Shown: one piece after another, positions 40,073 to 50,351 of the stretch
How positions within the stretch are numbered: position 1 is the first letter of the stretch
Layout of the letters: every line of letters begins with the position of its first letter
Assembly (NCBI GenBank): GCA_900320735.1
Contig: ONTJ01000023.1
Location: 1 to 50,456, forward strand
Direction: 5' to 3'
Length of the DNA stretch: 50,456 nucleotides
Source of the DNA: an uncultured Eubacteriales bacterium
GTDB taxonomy: Bacteria > Bacillota_I > Bacilli_A > RF39 > UBA660
Notes under the pieces: model-generated
What the model saw: the letters and a program-made list of their open reading frames with translations, nothing else
Told to the model about the DNA's origin: nothing
Databases searched by the model: none
Translations under genes and position numbers: made by a program

Positions 40073-41809
40073 ATGAGTAAAAAGAAAAATAGTAATTTTA
40101 TAGTTAATGTAAAAAAGACTTTTAAAATTATGAAAAAGAGTAAGAAATATTTAATAAGGTATGTTTTGGTGAGTTTATTAGAAGCTATTATAAGCATTAT
40201 ATTACCTTTAGTATCTGCTAAAATAATTCTTAATATAACTGATAAAGTAATGGATCAATTAATACTAACTGCTTTAGCAGTATTTGGTCTTTGTTTTATT
40301 AGTAATTTAATGAGTTACTTTAAATCATTCTTTTATAGAAAAATATATATAAAATCTTTAGTAGATATACAAATGAGTCTTGCAAAAGAAACATTAAAAT
40401 TAGAAGTAGAAGAAATAGATAAAAAATCTTCAGGAGTATTTATTGATAGACTTAATAAAGATACCTCAGAAATTGCAGGTATGTTTATGGAATATTCTTA
40501 CTGGACATCTTATGTTATTACTAATGTAGGTGTATTAGTAGCAATATTTATTTTAAATAAATATTTATTTGTATATGCAATTATTACTTCTTTAGCTATA
40601 TTTTCAATTAATAAAACTAGAGTTAAAAAGTTTTATGAAGTGCAAAAGGAATTGAAAATTATAAATGAAAAAAAGACTGGATTAATCGGTGAAATAGTTA
40701 GAGGAATGCGTGATATTAAAGTATTAAATGCAAGTGAAAATGTATTAAATCAAACAGAAAATAGAATAAATGAAGCAATGGACAAAGAAAGAAAATTAAT
40801 AAATATTAAAAGATTTTATACATTTATTGAAGCAAATTCGCATGCATTAAGTGATTTAGTATTTTTGATGATAGGGTGTATTTTATATAACAATAATTTA
40901 TTAACTATTCCTACATTTGTAATAATATATAGTTATCAAGGTAAAGTTAAGAATTTACTTTCAGGTGTAACACATTTAACTGAATATAATAAAAAGTTTG
41001 AAGTAGCAGCTGATAGAATATTTGAAATAATAGATAGTAACAAATTTAAAAAAGAACAATTTGGTGAAGTTGAATCAGGAAAAATGGAAGGGCATATTCA
41101 GTTTAAAAATATAACTTTCGGATATGATAAAAAGAATATTATATTAAATAAATTAAATTTTGAAATAAAACCAAATGAAAAAGTTGCATTTGTAGGAAAA
41201 AGTGGAGCAGGTAAGTCTACAATATTTAGTTTACTTGCTAAACTATATCATCCAATTAGAGGAAAGATTTTACTTGATGGCAATGATATAAATGATTTAA
41301 CTTGTAATTCAATTAGGGATAATATGTCTATAATTACGCAGAGTCCATATATATTTAATTTTAGTATTAAAGAAAATTTATTACTTGCAAAACAAGATGC
41401 TACTATGAAAGAAATAAGAGAAGCATGCAGACTTGCTTGCATAGATGATTTTATAATGTCACTTCCACATAAATATAACACTATGATTGGTGAAAATGGA
41501 GTTATTTTATCCGGTGGACAAAGACAAAGACTTGCAATAGCAAGAGCACTTCTTATGAAAACAGAAATTATTTTATTTGATGAAGCAACAAGCGCACTTG
41601 ATAATGAAACACAAAAAGAAATAAGTAATGCTATTGATAACTTAAAAGGTGAGTATACAATTCTTATAGTAGCTCATAGATTATCTACTGTTATTGATTG
41701 TGATAGAATTTTTGTAGTAGACAATGGTAAAATAATTGATGTAGGAACACATCAAGAACTTATGAAAAAATCTGAATTTTATAGAAATTTATATGAAAGT
41801 GAAGTATAA
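40073..41809 (+). CDS. ABC exporter, fused permease/ATPase (multidrug type)
   Basis: N-terminal TMD, GKSGAGKST, LSGGQRQR, FDEATSALD and AHRL; start 40073 or 40058. Confidence 0.93.
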   Translation: MSKKKNSNFIVNVKKTFKIMKKSKKYLIRYVLVSLLEAIISIILPLVSAKIILNITDKVMDQLILTALAVFGLCFISNLMSYFKSFFYRKIYIKSLVDIQMSLAKETLKLEVEEIDKKSSGVFIDRLNKDTSEIAGMFMEYSYWTSYVITNVGVLVAIFILNKYLFVYAIITSLAIFSINKTRVKKFYEVQKELKIINEKKTGLIGEIVRGMRDIKVLNASENVLNQTENRINEAMDKERKLINIKRFYTFIEANSHALSDLVFLMIGCILYNNNLLTIPTFVIIYSYQGKVKNLLSGVTHLTEYNKKFEVAADRIFEIIDSNKFKKEQFGEVESGKMEGHIQFKNITFGYDKKNIILNKLNFEIKPNEKVAFVGKSGAGKSTIFSLLAKLYHPIRGKILLDGNDINDLTCNSIRDNMSIITQSPYIFNFSIKENLLLAKQDATMKEIREACRLACIDDFIMSLPHKYNTMIGENGVILSGGQRQRLAIARALLMKTEIILFDEATSALDNETQKEISNAIDNLKGEYTILIVAHRLSTVIDCDRIFVVDNGKIIDVGTHQELMKKSEFYRNLYESEV

Positions 41810-41833
41810 ACTAATGAGAAATCATTAGTTTTT
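41809..41833 (+). repeat. 25-bp terminator repeat, right copy
   Basis: aactaatgagaaatcattagttttt, identical to 36332-36356. Confidence 0.92.
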
Positions 41834-41845
41834 TATAAAAATAAA

Positions 41846-41872
41846 TTAGCACTCGCTATTGACAAGTGCTAA
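41846..41872. promoter_or_regulatory. CIRCE element (HrcA operator) overlapping the hsp20 promoter
   Basis: TTAGCACTC-N9-AAGTGCTAA (one mismatch); TTGACA(41859)-N17-TATTAT. Confidence 0.93.
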
Positions 41873-41965
41873 AATAAGTGGTATTATTATAGTGTCAATT
41901 GATAATACAATTGAATTTGGTATCAAAAAAATTAAATGGTACATAATAAAAAAGGAGATGATAGT

Positions 41966-42346
41966 ATGTTACCAGATAGATTTTTTGAAAATATTTTTGA
42001 CATTGAACCAAGACGTCCAAGAGAAAAAATGGAATGTGATATTTATGAAGAAGATGGTAAATATGTAGTTGAGGCTACTATTGCTGGATATGATAAGGAA
42101 GATATAAAAGTAGAGGCTGAAGATGGTAGTATAATAATTACTGCTGAAGCTAAAGAAGATTCAGTTGATGAAGATAAAAAATATTTAAGAAGAGAAAGAC
42201 ACTTTAAGAGTAAATGTCAAAGAGCATTTTATTTAGGTGATATTGATGAAGAAAATATTAAAGCTTCATTTAATAATGGAGTATTGAAAATATCAGTACC
42301 AAAAAAAGAAATACAATCAAATAAAAAATTAATAGATATAGAGTAG
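41966..42346 (+). CDS. Hsp20/alpha-crystallin small heat shock protein
   Basis: MECDIYE, AGYDKEDI, YLRRER, ASFNNGVLKISVPK and terminal IDIE; RBS AAGGAG gives start 41966. Confidence 0.94.
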   Translation: MLPDRFFENIFDIEPRRPREKMECDIYEEDGKYVVEATIAGYDKEDIKVEAEDGSIIITAEAKEDSVDEDKKYLRRERHFKSKCQRAFYLGDIDEENIKASFNNGVLKISVPKKEIQSNKKLIDIE

Positions 42347-42395
42347 ATTTCTACTCTTTTTTTTGCTATAATACACTCAAAGGTTTGGTGGTAGT

Positions 42396-43142
42396 ATGGG
42401 TTTATTTATAACATTTATACTTGGTATTTTTATTTTAATAGGTGTATATGTAATTAAACTAACAAATAATAATGAAAAAGTAGAGCAATTATCAATATCA
42501 ATTGCTCTTGGTACAATGTTTTCACTTGTATTAATAGAATTAATACCTGAGGTATTTGAAACATTTAAGGATAGTAATTTATATAAGACATGGTTTATAA
42601 TTATAGGGCTAATATTACTTGGTATTGTTATATTAAAAGTACTTGATATATTTGTTCCAGAACATGATCATGAACATTCACTTCATCACGATTGTACAAA
42701 AGAAAATCTTGTTCATATAGGTGTAGTATCATCTATTGCAATCATACTTCATAATATAATTGAAGGTATGGCTGTTTATAGTATGTCACTTGATTCTACT
42801 AAATTATCACTGTTAATAGCTTTAGGTGTAGGTCTTCATAATATTCCAATGGGAATGGTAATATATGTATCACTTAAAAATGAATCAAAGCCAAAAAGAA
42901 TGTTATTACTTTTTTTAGTAGTAATTTCAACATTTATAGGTGGAACACTTATGATGCTTATAAGTAATTTGTTAAGTGAAATGGTTATTGGCAGCTTAAT
43001 ATGTATAACACTTGGAATGCTTATATATATAATAACATTTGAACTTCTACCACATATTCTTCATAGTAAAAATAAATTATTATCCATAATAGGAATAATA
43101 TTAGGTATATTAATAATAATATTTAGTTCAACGCTTGAATAA
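42396..43142 (+). CDS. ZIP family metal transporter
   Basis: His-rich loop EHDHEHSLHH, LHNIIEG and LHNIPMG. Confidence 0.92.
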   Translation: MGLFITFILGIFILIGVYVIKLTNNNEKVEQLSISIALGTMFSLVLIELIPEVFETFKDSNLYKTWFIIIGLILLGIVILKVLDIFVPEHDHEHSLHHDCTKENLVHIGVVSSIAIILHNIIEGMAVYSMSLDSTKLSLLIALGVGLHNIPMGMVIYVSLKNESKPKRMLLLFLVVISTFIGGTLMMLISNLLSEMVIGSLICITLGMLIYIITFELLPHILHSKNKLLSIIGIILGILIIIFSSTLE

Positions 43143-43144
43143 AA

Positions 43145-43172
43145 AAAATTCTCCATTTATATGGAGAATTTT
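43145..43172. terminator. Bidirectional terminator
   Basis: aaaattctccat-ttat-atggagaatttt. Confidence 0.8.
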
Positions 43173-43690
43173 TATTTTCCAAAATAACCATTTAATATTT
43201 CTTTACTCTCAGTAACAGTAATAAATGCATTTTTGTCAGCATTCATAATTAATGATTTAAATTCATTTAATCTTTTATTATCAACTTGAGCACCAATCAT
43301 ATAGTTAGTGTCTTCTTCATGTATACCTTTACACTCAACGACGGAGGCTGAAAAACCTGATGCCTTGATTGCATTTGTAACTTTATTTTTAGTATTCTTA
43401 GTTACAACTTGAACACCAACTGTTCCTTTAATAACTCTTTTTGATAGATTACTTCCAGTAAATGTACCAGCGGCATATCCACCTGCATATGCAAAAGCAA
43501 TCCAAATACTTTTAATATCAGTATTAAGAGCTTCTCGAACAACTAAGAACCAAATAAATACATCAATAAATCCAATAATAGTTGCGTAATTTCTCTTGCC
43601 CTTAACTAGAAGCATAGTTTGAAGAGTAGATAATGTTACATCCACTAATCTACCACAAAAAATTTTTATACATAAATAAAATAATTCCAT
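43172..43690 (-). CDS. UPF0316/YebE-like (DUF5698+DUF2179) membrane protein
   Basis: RLVDVTLSTL, YAGGYAAGTFTG and DKNAFIT. Confidence 0.85.
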   Translation of the reverse strand: MELFYLCIKIFCGRLVDVTLSTLQTMLLVKGKRNYATIIGFIDVFIWFLVVREALNTDIKSIWIAFAYAGGYAAGTFTGSNLSKRVIKGTVGVQVVTKNTKNKVTNAIKASGFSASVVECKGIHEEDTNYMIGAQVDNKRLNEFKSLIMNADKNAFITVTESKEILNGYFGK

Positions 43691-43850
43691 AAATTCACCT
43701 ACTTATTGTAATAATTTTATAACATTTATTTGATTTAGTAAATAAAATATAAAATAGTGTGTATAATTTTTGTAAATATTTTCCTATTAATTATTATTCT
43801 TAATGATATGAAAAATATTCATGTTATGTTAAAATATAGTTGGTGATGTT

Positions 43851-44693
43851 ATGATAGCATTAAAAAATATAAATATTAATTTACACGACACTATCACATG
43901 TGGTCAAATATTTAGATTTTATATTGAAGATGATAATTCATATACAGTAATTTTAAGTGATAGAATAGTTAATTTAAAAATGATAAATAATAATTTAATA
44001 GTTAAATCAAATAATGAAGAGAATTTAGAAAATATAATTAAAGATTATTTTGATTTAGATAGAGATTATGATGTATTAAATAGAAATCTTTTAATGATTG
44101 ATAAAAGTTTAAAAGAAATAATAAATTCATGTAAAGGATTAAAGATGATAAATCAACCTAAATTTGAATGTATTATAAGTTATATAATCTCACAAAATAA
44201 TAAAGTATCAAGAATAGCAAGTTCACTTGATGATATTTCACGTAAATATGGAAAAAAAGTCATATTTGAAGATAAAGTATATTATTTATTTCCAAAATTA
44301 CATGATTTAAAGGATGTAACTACACAGGATTATAGAAATTTAAAAGTAGGTTTTAGAGATAAATATATTTATGAATTTATACAAAAATTAATAAATAAAG
44401 AAATAGATTTAGACTATATAGATAATTTATCTTCACAAGATGCACTTAATTATTTAATGAAAAATAAAGGAATTGGTGAAAAGGTTGCTTCATGTATACT
44501 TTTATTTTCTTATAATAGATATGATGTATTTCCTGTAGATACATGGGTAAAAAAATATATGGCCGATACATATAATATTACAGATGTAAAAAAGATAAGA
44601 ACATTTGCTAAAGATAAATATGAGGATTACTGTGGGCTTGTGATTCAATATATGTTTCATTATAAGAGAAACAAGGAAAAACAGTCAGCTTAG
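43851..44693 (+). CDS. ogg: 8-oxoguanine DNA glycosylase (Ogg1-like)
   Basis: CGQIFR, ISQNN, HhH GIGEKVASCI, FPVDTW and QYMF. Confidence 0.88.
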   Translation: MIALKNININLHDTITCGQIFRFYIEDDNSYTVILSDRIVNLKMINNNLIVKSNNEENLENIIKDYFDLDRDYDVLNRNLLMIDKSLKEIINSCKGLKMINQPKFECIISYIISQNNKVSRIASSLDDISRKYGKKVIFEDKVYYLFPKLHDLKDVTTQDYRNLKVGFRDKYIYEFIQKLINKEIDLDYIDNLSSQDALNYLMKNKGIGEKVASCILLFSYNRYDVFPVDTWVKKYMADTYNITDVKKIRTFAKDKYEDYCGLVIQYMFHYKRNKEKQSA

Positions 44694-45764
44694 CTTTTTA
44701 ATCTTAATGACAATACAAGATAGAATTACTATTACTAAAAGAGGAATACTATAAATAAAAATATAGTATTTTTTTATAAAATTATATCCTATGGTGGTAT
44801 TATCAAATAAATTTAAAGAGATAAAAAGACAAATAAAACTTATAATAAAAAATAATGAATTTTTATATATTTTTTTGTATTTTAAATATTCTTTTATAAA
44901 TACAATACTCATTACATTTGAAATAAATAAGCAATATAAAAACTGTATAGTAGCTATATTTTCTACATGCTGAATAAAATCAAAGTAATTAATTTTTTTC
45001 ATAAGTGAATATTCAGGGTAAGAAAATATTTTTGCAAGATCTATTCCGAATATACCAATTACAAATATAAATATCAATGTATAGTTGATTGCACTTAATA
45101 AATAAAATTTAATAATAGTTTTATCTAAATTTTTACTATTATATATCATACTTTTTGGAGTTATTAAAAGCATAAAAGTTGGAGTTATGAAGTATGCACT
45201 AAATATAAGAGCATTTTTTATAATAAGAAAAAAAGAAGTATCAAAAAGAGGTTTAAAGTTATCAAAGTCAATATACATTACTAAATTAGATGCAGAAAAA
45301 ATAATCATAAATATACTTATAATGAATAATGAAAGAGATACTTTTGCAAGTACTTTCATATTTAAACTGCCACACCATAAAACAGGAATTATAAATAATA
45401 TAAGTATTATAAGACTAGGTGTTTGATCTAAATATTTATCTTGAACATATGAATTAAGACTCCAAAGTAAATATATAAAGAATAACATAAAAATAATTAC
45501 TAAAAATAGGTTAATTATATTTCCTATAGTTTTTCCATATAATTTTTCAATTTTTTCAAAAAGAGATAATTCTTTTTCATAATTAAATAATTTTAATAAT
45601 GGAAAGAGTAAAATAAGAGATATAATTGTTCCGGTTACTAAGGAGTATATACTACCATTTGAAGCAGAATTTAATATTCTAGTACTTCCGACTCTTAGAA
45701 ACATAACTTGAGTAATAAAATAAATGATTGAAGAAAATCCTTTTTTACTAATTTTAGTGTTCAT
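44685..45764 (-). CDS. Spore germinant receptor B subunit (GerAB/GerKB-like)
   Basis: About 10 TMs, LDQTP, NFKP, YP..KI..FDFIQHVE; operon context. Confidence 0.82.
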   Translation of the reverse strand: MNTKISKKGFSSIIYFITQVMFLRVGSTRILNSASNGSIYSLVTGTIISLILLFPLLKLFNYEKELSLFEKIEKLYGKTIGNIINLFLVIIFMLFFIYLLWSLNSYVQDKYLDQTPSLIILILFIIPVLWCGSLNMKVLAKVSLSLFIISIFMIIFSASNLVMYIDFDNFKPLFDTSFFLIIKNALIFSAYFITPTFMLLITPKSMIYNSKNLDKTIIKFYLLSAINYTLIFIFVIGIFGIDLAKIFSYPEYSLMKKINYFDFIQHVENIATIQFLYCLFISNVMSIVFIKEYLKYKKIYKNSLFFIISFICLFISLNLFDNTTIGYNFIKKYYIFIYSIPLLVIVILSCIVIKIKKLS

Positions 45765-46890
45765 ATTTATCTCCTTTACTAGAATTTCTTATTTCACCTT
45801 TTCTAGATATATTTACGCTTGTAATTATATTTAAGTCATATTTTTCATTATTATATTTTGGATATTCTAAATAAATATATCTTTTAAGTCCTAAAAAGTC
45901 ACTTTCAGTTTTAACTTTTAATGCTTTATTTATATATTTTTTTATTTGATTTTCAGTTTTTTTAGTTAAAACTTTTATTTCTTTTTCATATAAATCATTT
46001 TTGCAGTTATACTCATTAATAACAGCATTTGAATTTATATTAAGATTAATAATAAATTTATTATTAATCTTTTTTATTTTAGTTTTTGTTTTACTTTTTG
46101 TAACTGAAATAGAAGAGTAGTTATCTTCATTATCACACTTAATAGGTATAATCATACTATTTACATTATTTCTTATAAAGTTATATCCAATTGTTTCATC
46201 TTCATTTAAAAATTTATCTAGTTTACCTTTGTTTGTTATAGCAATGTTATCAAGAATTATTTTAGTTTTAGGATATGTTGTTTCGTTATTTTTTAAAGTA
46301 GTGCCTTTTTCATCATAGTTATCTACTTTAATAACACTTATAACAGGGTCAATATATTTTTTTAAGTAGTATGAAACAAATTCATCTAGCTTTGATGAGT
46401 ATGTAAGGGCACTATCTAAATCAGCTGTTTCAATCGACTGTTTAACATAATCAGCTGGAATACTTCCGGATGATGTCATTATCTTTACTACTTTATTTGC
46501 ACTTATTCCTTTTGAAACAGTAATAGTAAATTCATCTTTTATTTCTGGAAGTCTTTGAAATAAATCAATTATGTTTATTATTCCTTCACTTGCAACTTCT
46601 TCCGATATTACAAGTTTTCCAAGATGTCCACCGTATAATTTTTTATTTGATTTAGTTGTCATTTTTCTAAGTGCTTCTTCAATAGTTTTTCCTTTTGCTT
46701 CATATACAATAACATTACTTGATGATTCTTCTTTTTCATCTTTTACATTCATAACTTGCGCACTTACTAAATATTTATTATCTTCCTTATCAATAGAAAT
46801 AGAAGATACAATTCCTATTTTATTTAGTTCTTTATAATTATAACAACCACTTAAAAAAAGTATTATAATTACTATTAAAAATTTTTTCAT
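45754..46890 (-). CDS. Spore germinant receptor C subunit lipoprotein (Ger(x)C)
   Basis: Lipobox LSGC-YNYKELN, GKTIEEA and DFLG. Confidence 0.9.
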   Translation of the reverse strand: MKKFLIVIIILFLSGCYNYKELNKIGIVSSISIDKEDNKYLVSAQVMNVKDEKEESSSNVIVYEAKGKTIEEALRKMTTKSNKKLYGGHLGKLVISEEVASEGIINIIDLFQRLPEIKDEFTITVSKGISANKVVKIMTSSGSIPADYVKQSIETADLDSALTYSSKLDEFVSYYLKKYIDPVISVIKVDNYDEKGTTLKNNETTYPKTKIILDNIAITNKGKLDKFLNEDETIGYNFIRNNVNSMIIPIKCDNEDNYSSISVTKSKTKTKIKKINNKFIINLNINSNAVINEYNCKNDLYEKEIKVLTKKTENQIKKYINKALKVKTESDFLGLKRYIYLEYPKYNNEKYDLNIITSVNISRKGEIRNSSKGDKYEH

Positions 46891-46891
46891 T

Positions 46892-48274
46892 TTACCTCCT
46901 ATTTATATTTTTTGTTAAAAATGAATTTCTTTTATTTAATTTGTATTTTTTAGTAAGTATAAAATTATTCAATTGTTCTTTTAAATTAAATGGAGCGTAA
47001 GGAAGAGTATAATCAAAACCATATGAGTTAATAGATGATATTCTAATTAAGAAGAGAAGAGTTGCGATAAATATTCCATAAAGTCCTGCAAAAGATCCAA
47101 GTATTAAAAATATAAGTTTCCATATCCTAATAGTATTAACAATGTCATTATCATTAAATAAAAAAGAAGCAACTGCACTAATTGCAATAACAATTATCAT
47201 AATAGGTGATATCATACCAGCTTCAACAGCAGCTTGACCTAGTACTAAGGCTCCTACAATAGACATGGATGATCCAACCACAAAAGGAACTCTAGTATCA
47301 GCTTCTCTAAGTATTTCAAAAGAAAGCCAAAGTAGTATAGCTTCAACACTACTAGGAAAAGGGACACCTTCTCTTTGAATAGAAAAATTAATAAGAACAC
47401 TAGTAGGTAGAGTTTCAGGATTATATGTAGTAAGTGCAATATAAAATCCAGGAGTAATAATTGCTATTAAAAATGCAATTATCCTAATAATTCTAGTTAT
47501 AGACACATTTTTAGTATTTTGATAATAATCATCAATAGTTTTTATATAATCTGAAAAAAATGATGGTATTATTAATGCTTGCGGAGAGTTTTCTACTATA
47601 ATTGCACATCTTCCTTCCATTAAACTAAATGAAACAAAGTCAGGTCTTTCAGTCATTAAATTTGTTGGAAACATATAAGATTTATTAGTTAAATTTTCTG
47701 CTATATAATTACTATTTGCAACATAATCTAAGTTCATAGTTTTAAGTTTTTTTTCTATTTTATCTATTAGATCACTATTTACTATATCTTCCATATATAA
47801 AAGAGAAACTTTTGTTTTACTTGATGTTCCAATTATATGTTCTTTGATTTTTAGTTTATCTGATTTTATTCTTTTTCTAACAAGACCTAAATTGTTTTGA
47901 TAATTTTCAGAAAATGCATCTTTAGGTCCTTTAATAACTTTTTCGTTAGTTGCTTCAATTATTCCAGAGTCAAGTGAATATTTAGTTTCAAATGCCAAAA
48001 AGTCATCTTCTATATTTATTATAGTAAATCCTGAATATAAACAGTAAAATAAATCTTTTTCATTATCTATTTCCTTAATATTACCATAAGGTATTTTATT
48101 TTTGAGTTTAGGAAAACTATTAATATTGTATAAAGTAATTGGTTTAAGTAAAAAATCATTAATATCATCAGAATTAACTAGAGTTTCAAAAAAGATGATA
48201 TTAATATTATTAATAGTTCTAATTTTTAAATCTGGAGAATATTCCATCATTGTTTTGATATTTTCTATATTCAT
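46892..48274 (-). CDS. Spore germinant receptor A subunit (GerAA/GerKA-like)
   Basis: GPKDAFSE, TERPD, REGVPFP, EILREA and IVGALVLGQAAVEAG; start moved to ATG 48274 behind AGGAG. Confidence 0.93.
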   Translation of the reverse strand: MNIENIKTMMEYSPDLKIRTINNINIIFFETLVNSDDINDFLLKPITLYNINSFPKLKNKIPYGNIKEIDNEKDLFYCLYSGFTIINIEDDFLAFETKYSLDSGIIEATNEKVIKGPKDAFSENYQNNLGLVRKRIKSDKLKIKEHIIGTSSKTKVSLLYMEDIVNSDLIDKIEKKLKTMNLDYVANSNYIAENLTNKSYMFPTNLMTERPDFVSFSLMEGRCAIIVENSPQALIIPSFFSDYIKTIDDYYQNTKNVSITRIIRIIAFLIAIITPGFYIALTTYNPETLPTSVLINFSIQREGVPFPSSVEAILLWLSFEILREADTRVPFVVGSSMSIVGALVLGQAAVEAGMISPIMIIVIAISAVASFLFNDNDIVNTIRIWKLIFLILGSFAGLYGIFIATLLFLIRISSINSYGFDYTLPYAPFNLKEQLNNFILTKKYKLNKRNSFLTKNINRR

Positions 48275-48362
48275 ATTGATACTCCTTTTAATATATAGTT
48301 TAACCAAAAATAGTATTAATATTATTAAAAATATGGTATATTATAAATAGGAGGTAATACTA

Positions 48363-48602
48363 ATGATAAATATAATTATTTCAATTGCATTAGGTGCAGT
48401 TTCTGGTTGGATAGCAAGTATAATTATGAACACAAAAAATGGACTTATAAGAAATATAATATTAGGTATTGTTGGTGGATTACTTGGTGGTTTTATATTT
48501 GATAAACTAGGAATAGCATTTGCTGGTTATCTTGGAACAATACTTGTTTCAGTAGTTGGGGCATGCATTATAATATTGATAGTGGATAAAATAATTAAAT
48601 AA
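48363..48602 (+). CDS. GlsB/YeaQ/YmgE stress-response membrane protein
   Basis: GWIAS.IM..NIILGIVGGLLGG..VVGA. Confidence 0.9.
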   Translation: MINIIISIALGAVSGWIASIIMNTKNGLIRNIILGIVGGLLGGFIFDKLGIAFAGYLGTILVSVVGACIIILIVDKIIK

Positions 48603-48652
48603 AGTTGCTTAGCAACTTTTTTTATATGGTATAATTATTAAAAGGTGTTTTT

Positions 48653-49888
48653 ATGAAAGTTAATGAAATATATGAAACAAAAATATTAAGATTAAATAAT
48701 GAAGCTGAAGGTGTAGGGGTAATTGAGGGTATTACTACATTTATTCCATATACTTTAAGTGGTGAAGTTGTAAAAGTTAAAATAGATACTATTTATGATA
48801 ATTATGCTAGAGGTACTTTAGTAGAAATAATAGAAAAAAGTAATAATAGAGTTAATCCTATTTGTCCTTATTTTTATGAGTGTGGTGGATGTCATTTAAT
48901 GCACTTAAATTATGATAAGCAATTAGAATTTAAAAAAGGAAAAATAGAATCTATATTTAAAAAGATTTCAAATGAAAATGTAAAAGTAGAAAATATATAT
49001 TCAAATATAAATTACAATTATAGAAATAAATTAACTCTAAAAGTAGATAAAAATAAAATAGGTTATTATAAAGAAAAAACAAATGAAATTGTTGAAATAA
49101 AAGAATGTTTTCTTGCAGATACAAAAATAAATGATGTGATCAAAGATTTAAAGAAATTTATAAATGAGTATGAGGATAATAATATAAATGAAATAATGAT
49201 TAGAGTAATAGATGATAAATTAATGTTATCTTTAGATAATATGAACTTGAATTATAAAAATATTTTTATAGAAAAATTTAACTTTATAGATAGCATTTAT
49301 ATAAATGATAATTTAGTTTACGGAGATAAAGTTTTAAATGAAAAAATAGATAATTTTAAATTTAATATATCTCCTAATTCATTTTTTCAGGTTAATAAAG
49401 AAGTAGCTAAAGCAATGTATGAAAAAGCTGTAAGCTATGTTGATAATTCAGATGTTACACTTGATTTATATTCAGGGACAGGAACAATAACAACTCTTCT
49501 ATCTAAAAAAAGTAAAAAAGTAATAGGAATAGAAGTAGTTAAAGACGCAGTTAAAGATGCGAATGAAAATATAAAATTAAATAATATAACTAACGTAGAA
49601 TTTATTTTATCTAAAGTAGAAGATAAAATAGACACATTAAAAAAATTAAATATAGATAATATTGTTTTGGATCCACCAAGAAGTGGTAGTGATAAGAAAA
49701 CACTTAAAAATATACTTGAAATAGAACCTAATAAAATAATATATATTTCCTGTAATCCAATAACTCTTGCAAGAGATTACAATATTCTAAAAGAAAAATA
49801 TGAAATAAAAGAAATAAATGCATATGATATGTTTTCTAATACTTATCACGTGGAAACGGTTATGATTTTAGAAAAGAAAGATATCTGA
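48653..49888 (+). CDS. rlmD: 23S rRNA m5U1939 methyltransferase RlmD
   Basis: TRAM domain, CPYFYECGGC, SFFQVN, DLYSGTG, LDPPRSG, YISCNP and DMF..T.HVE. Confidence 0.93.
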   Translation: MKVNEIYETKILRLNNEAEGVGVIEGITTFIPYTLSGEVVKVKIDTIYDNYARGTLVEIIEKSNNRVNPICPYFYECGGCHLMHLNYDKQLEFKKGKIESIFKKISNENVKVENIYSNINYNYRNKLTLKVDKNKIGYYKEKTNEIVEIKECFLADTKINDVIKDLKKFINEYEDNNINEIMIRVIDDKLMLSLDNMNLNYKNIFIEKFNFIDSIYINDNLVYGDKVLNEKIDNFKFNISPNSFFQVNKEVAKAMYEKAVSYVDNSDVTLDLYSGTGTITTLLSKKSKKVIGIEVVKDAVKDANENIKLNNITNVEFILSKVEDKIDTLKKLNIDNIVLDPPRSGSDKKTLKNILEIEPNKIIYISCNPITLARDYNILKEKYEIKEINAYDMFSNTYHVETVMILEKKDI

Positions 49889-49935
49889 GTGATATCTTTT
49901 TTTATGGTATAATACTAATAGGATGTGAATGAAAA

Positions 49936-50349
49936 ATGAAATATGTAATTAAGAAAGAAATTGATACTAGTGATTTTGTTAAAATACGAGATGATTTAGG
50001 CTGGAATGAAATACCTAGAAATTTAGTAGAAAAGGCAATAGCAGGATCTATGGTAAACATTAGCGTATTTGATAGTGAAAAGTGTATTGGTGTAGGTAGA
50101 ATAGTAGGAGATGGTGCTTTGAAGGGAATGCTCACTGATATTATGGTATTAAGGGAGTATCAAAATAAGGGTGTTGGAAAGTTAATAGTTACATCTCTAA
50201 TAAAAGAGTTAGATGATAAAGTAAAAGAAGGAGATTGTTTTCAACTTGAAGCAAGTCCTACTGCGAATAATAGAAATTTCTATATTAAATGTGGGTTAAA
50301 ATATAAACCGGAAAATCAAGATGGTGTTTATATGTGGATAAGGAAGTAA
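49936..50349 (+). CDS. GNAT family N-acetyltransferase
   Basis: IGVGR.VGDG, DIMV..EYQNKGVG and NFYIKCG. Confidence 0.88.
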   Translation: MKYVIKKEIDTSDFVKIRDDLGWNEIPRNLVEKAIAGSMVNISVFDSEKCIGVGRIVGDGALKGMLTDIMVLREYQNKGVGKLIVTSLIKELDDKVKEGDCFQLEASPTANNRNFYIKCGLKYKPENQDGVYMWIRK

Positions 50350-50351
50350 TT

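Noticed and set aside
41859-42068. 69-aa plus-strand ORF
   Set aside because: Its start is the TTG of the -35 box inside CIRCE and it overlaps hsp20 out of frame
48290-48345. SigF/SigG promoter for the ger operon
   Set aside because: A GGTTAAACTA -10-like string is present on the minus strand but there is no convincing -35; too weak in AT-rich DNA
49845-49858. parS-like sequence TCACGTGGAAAC
   Set aside because: Only a partial match to TGTTTCACGTGAAACA and explained by the HVET codons of rlmD
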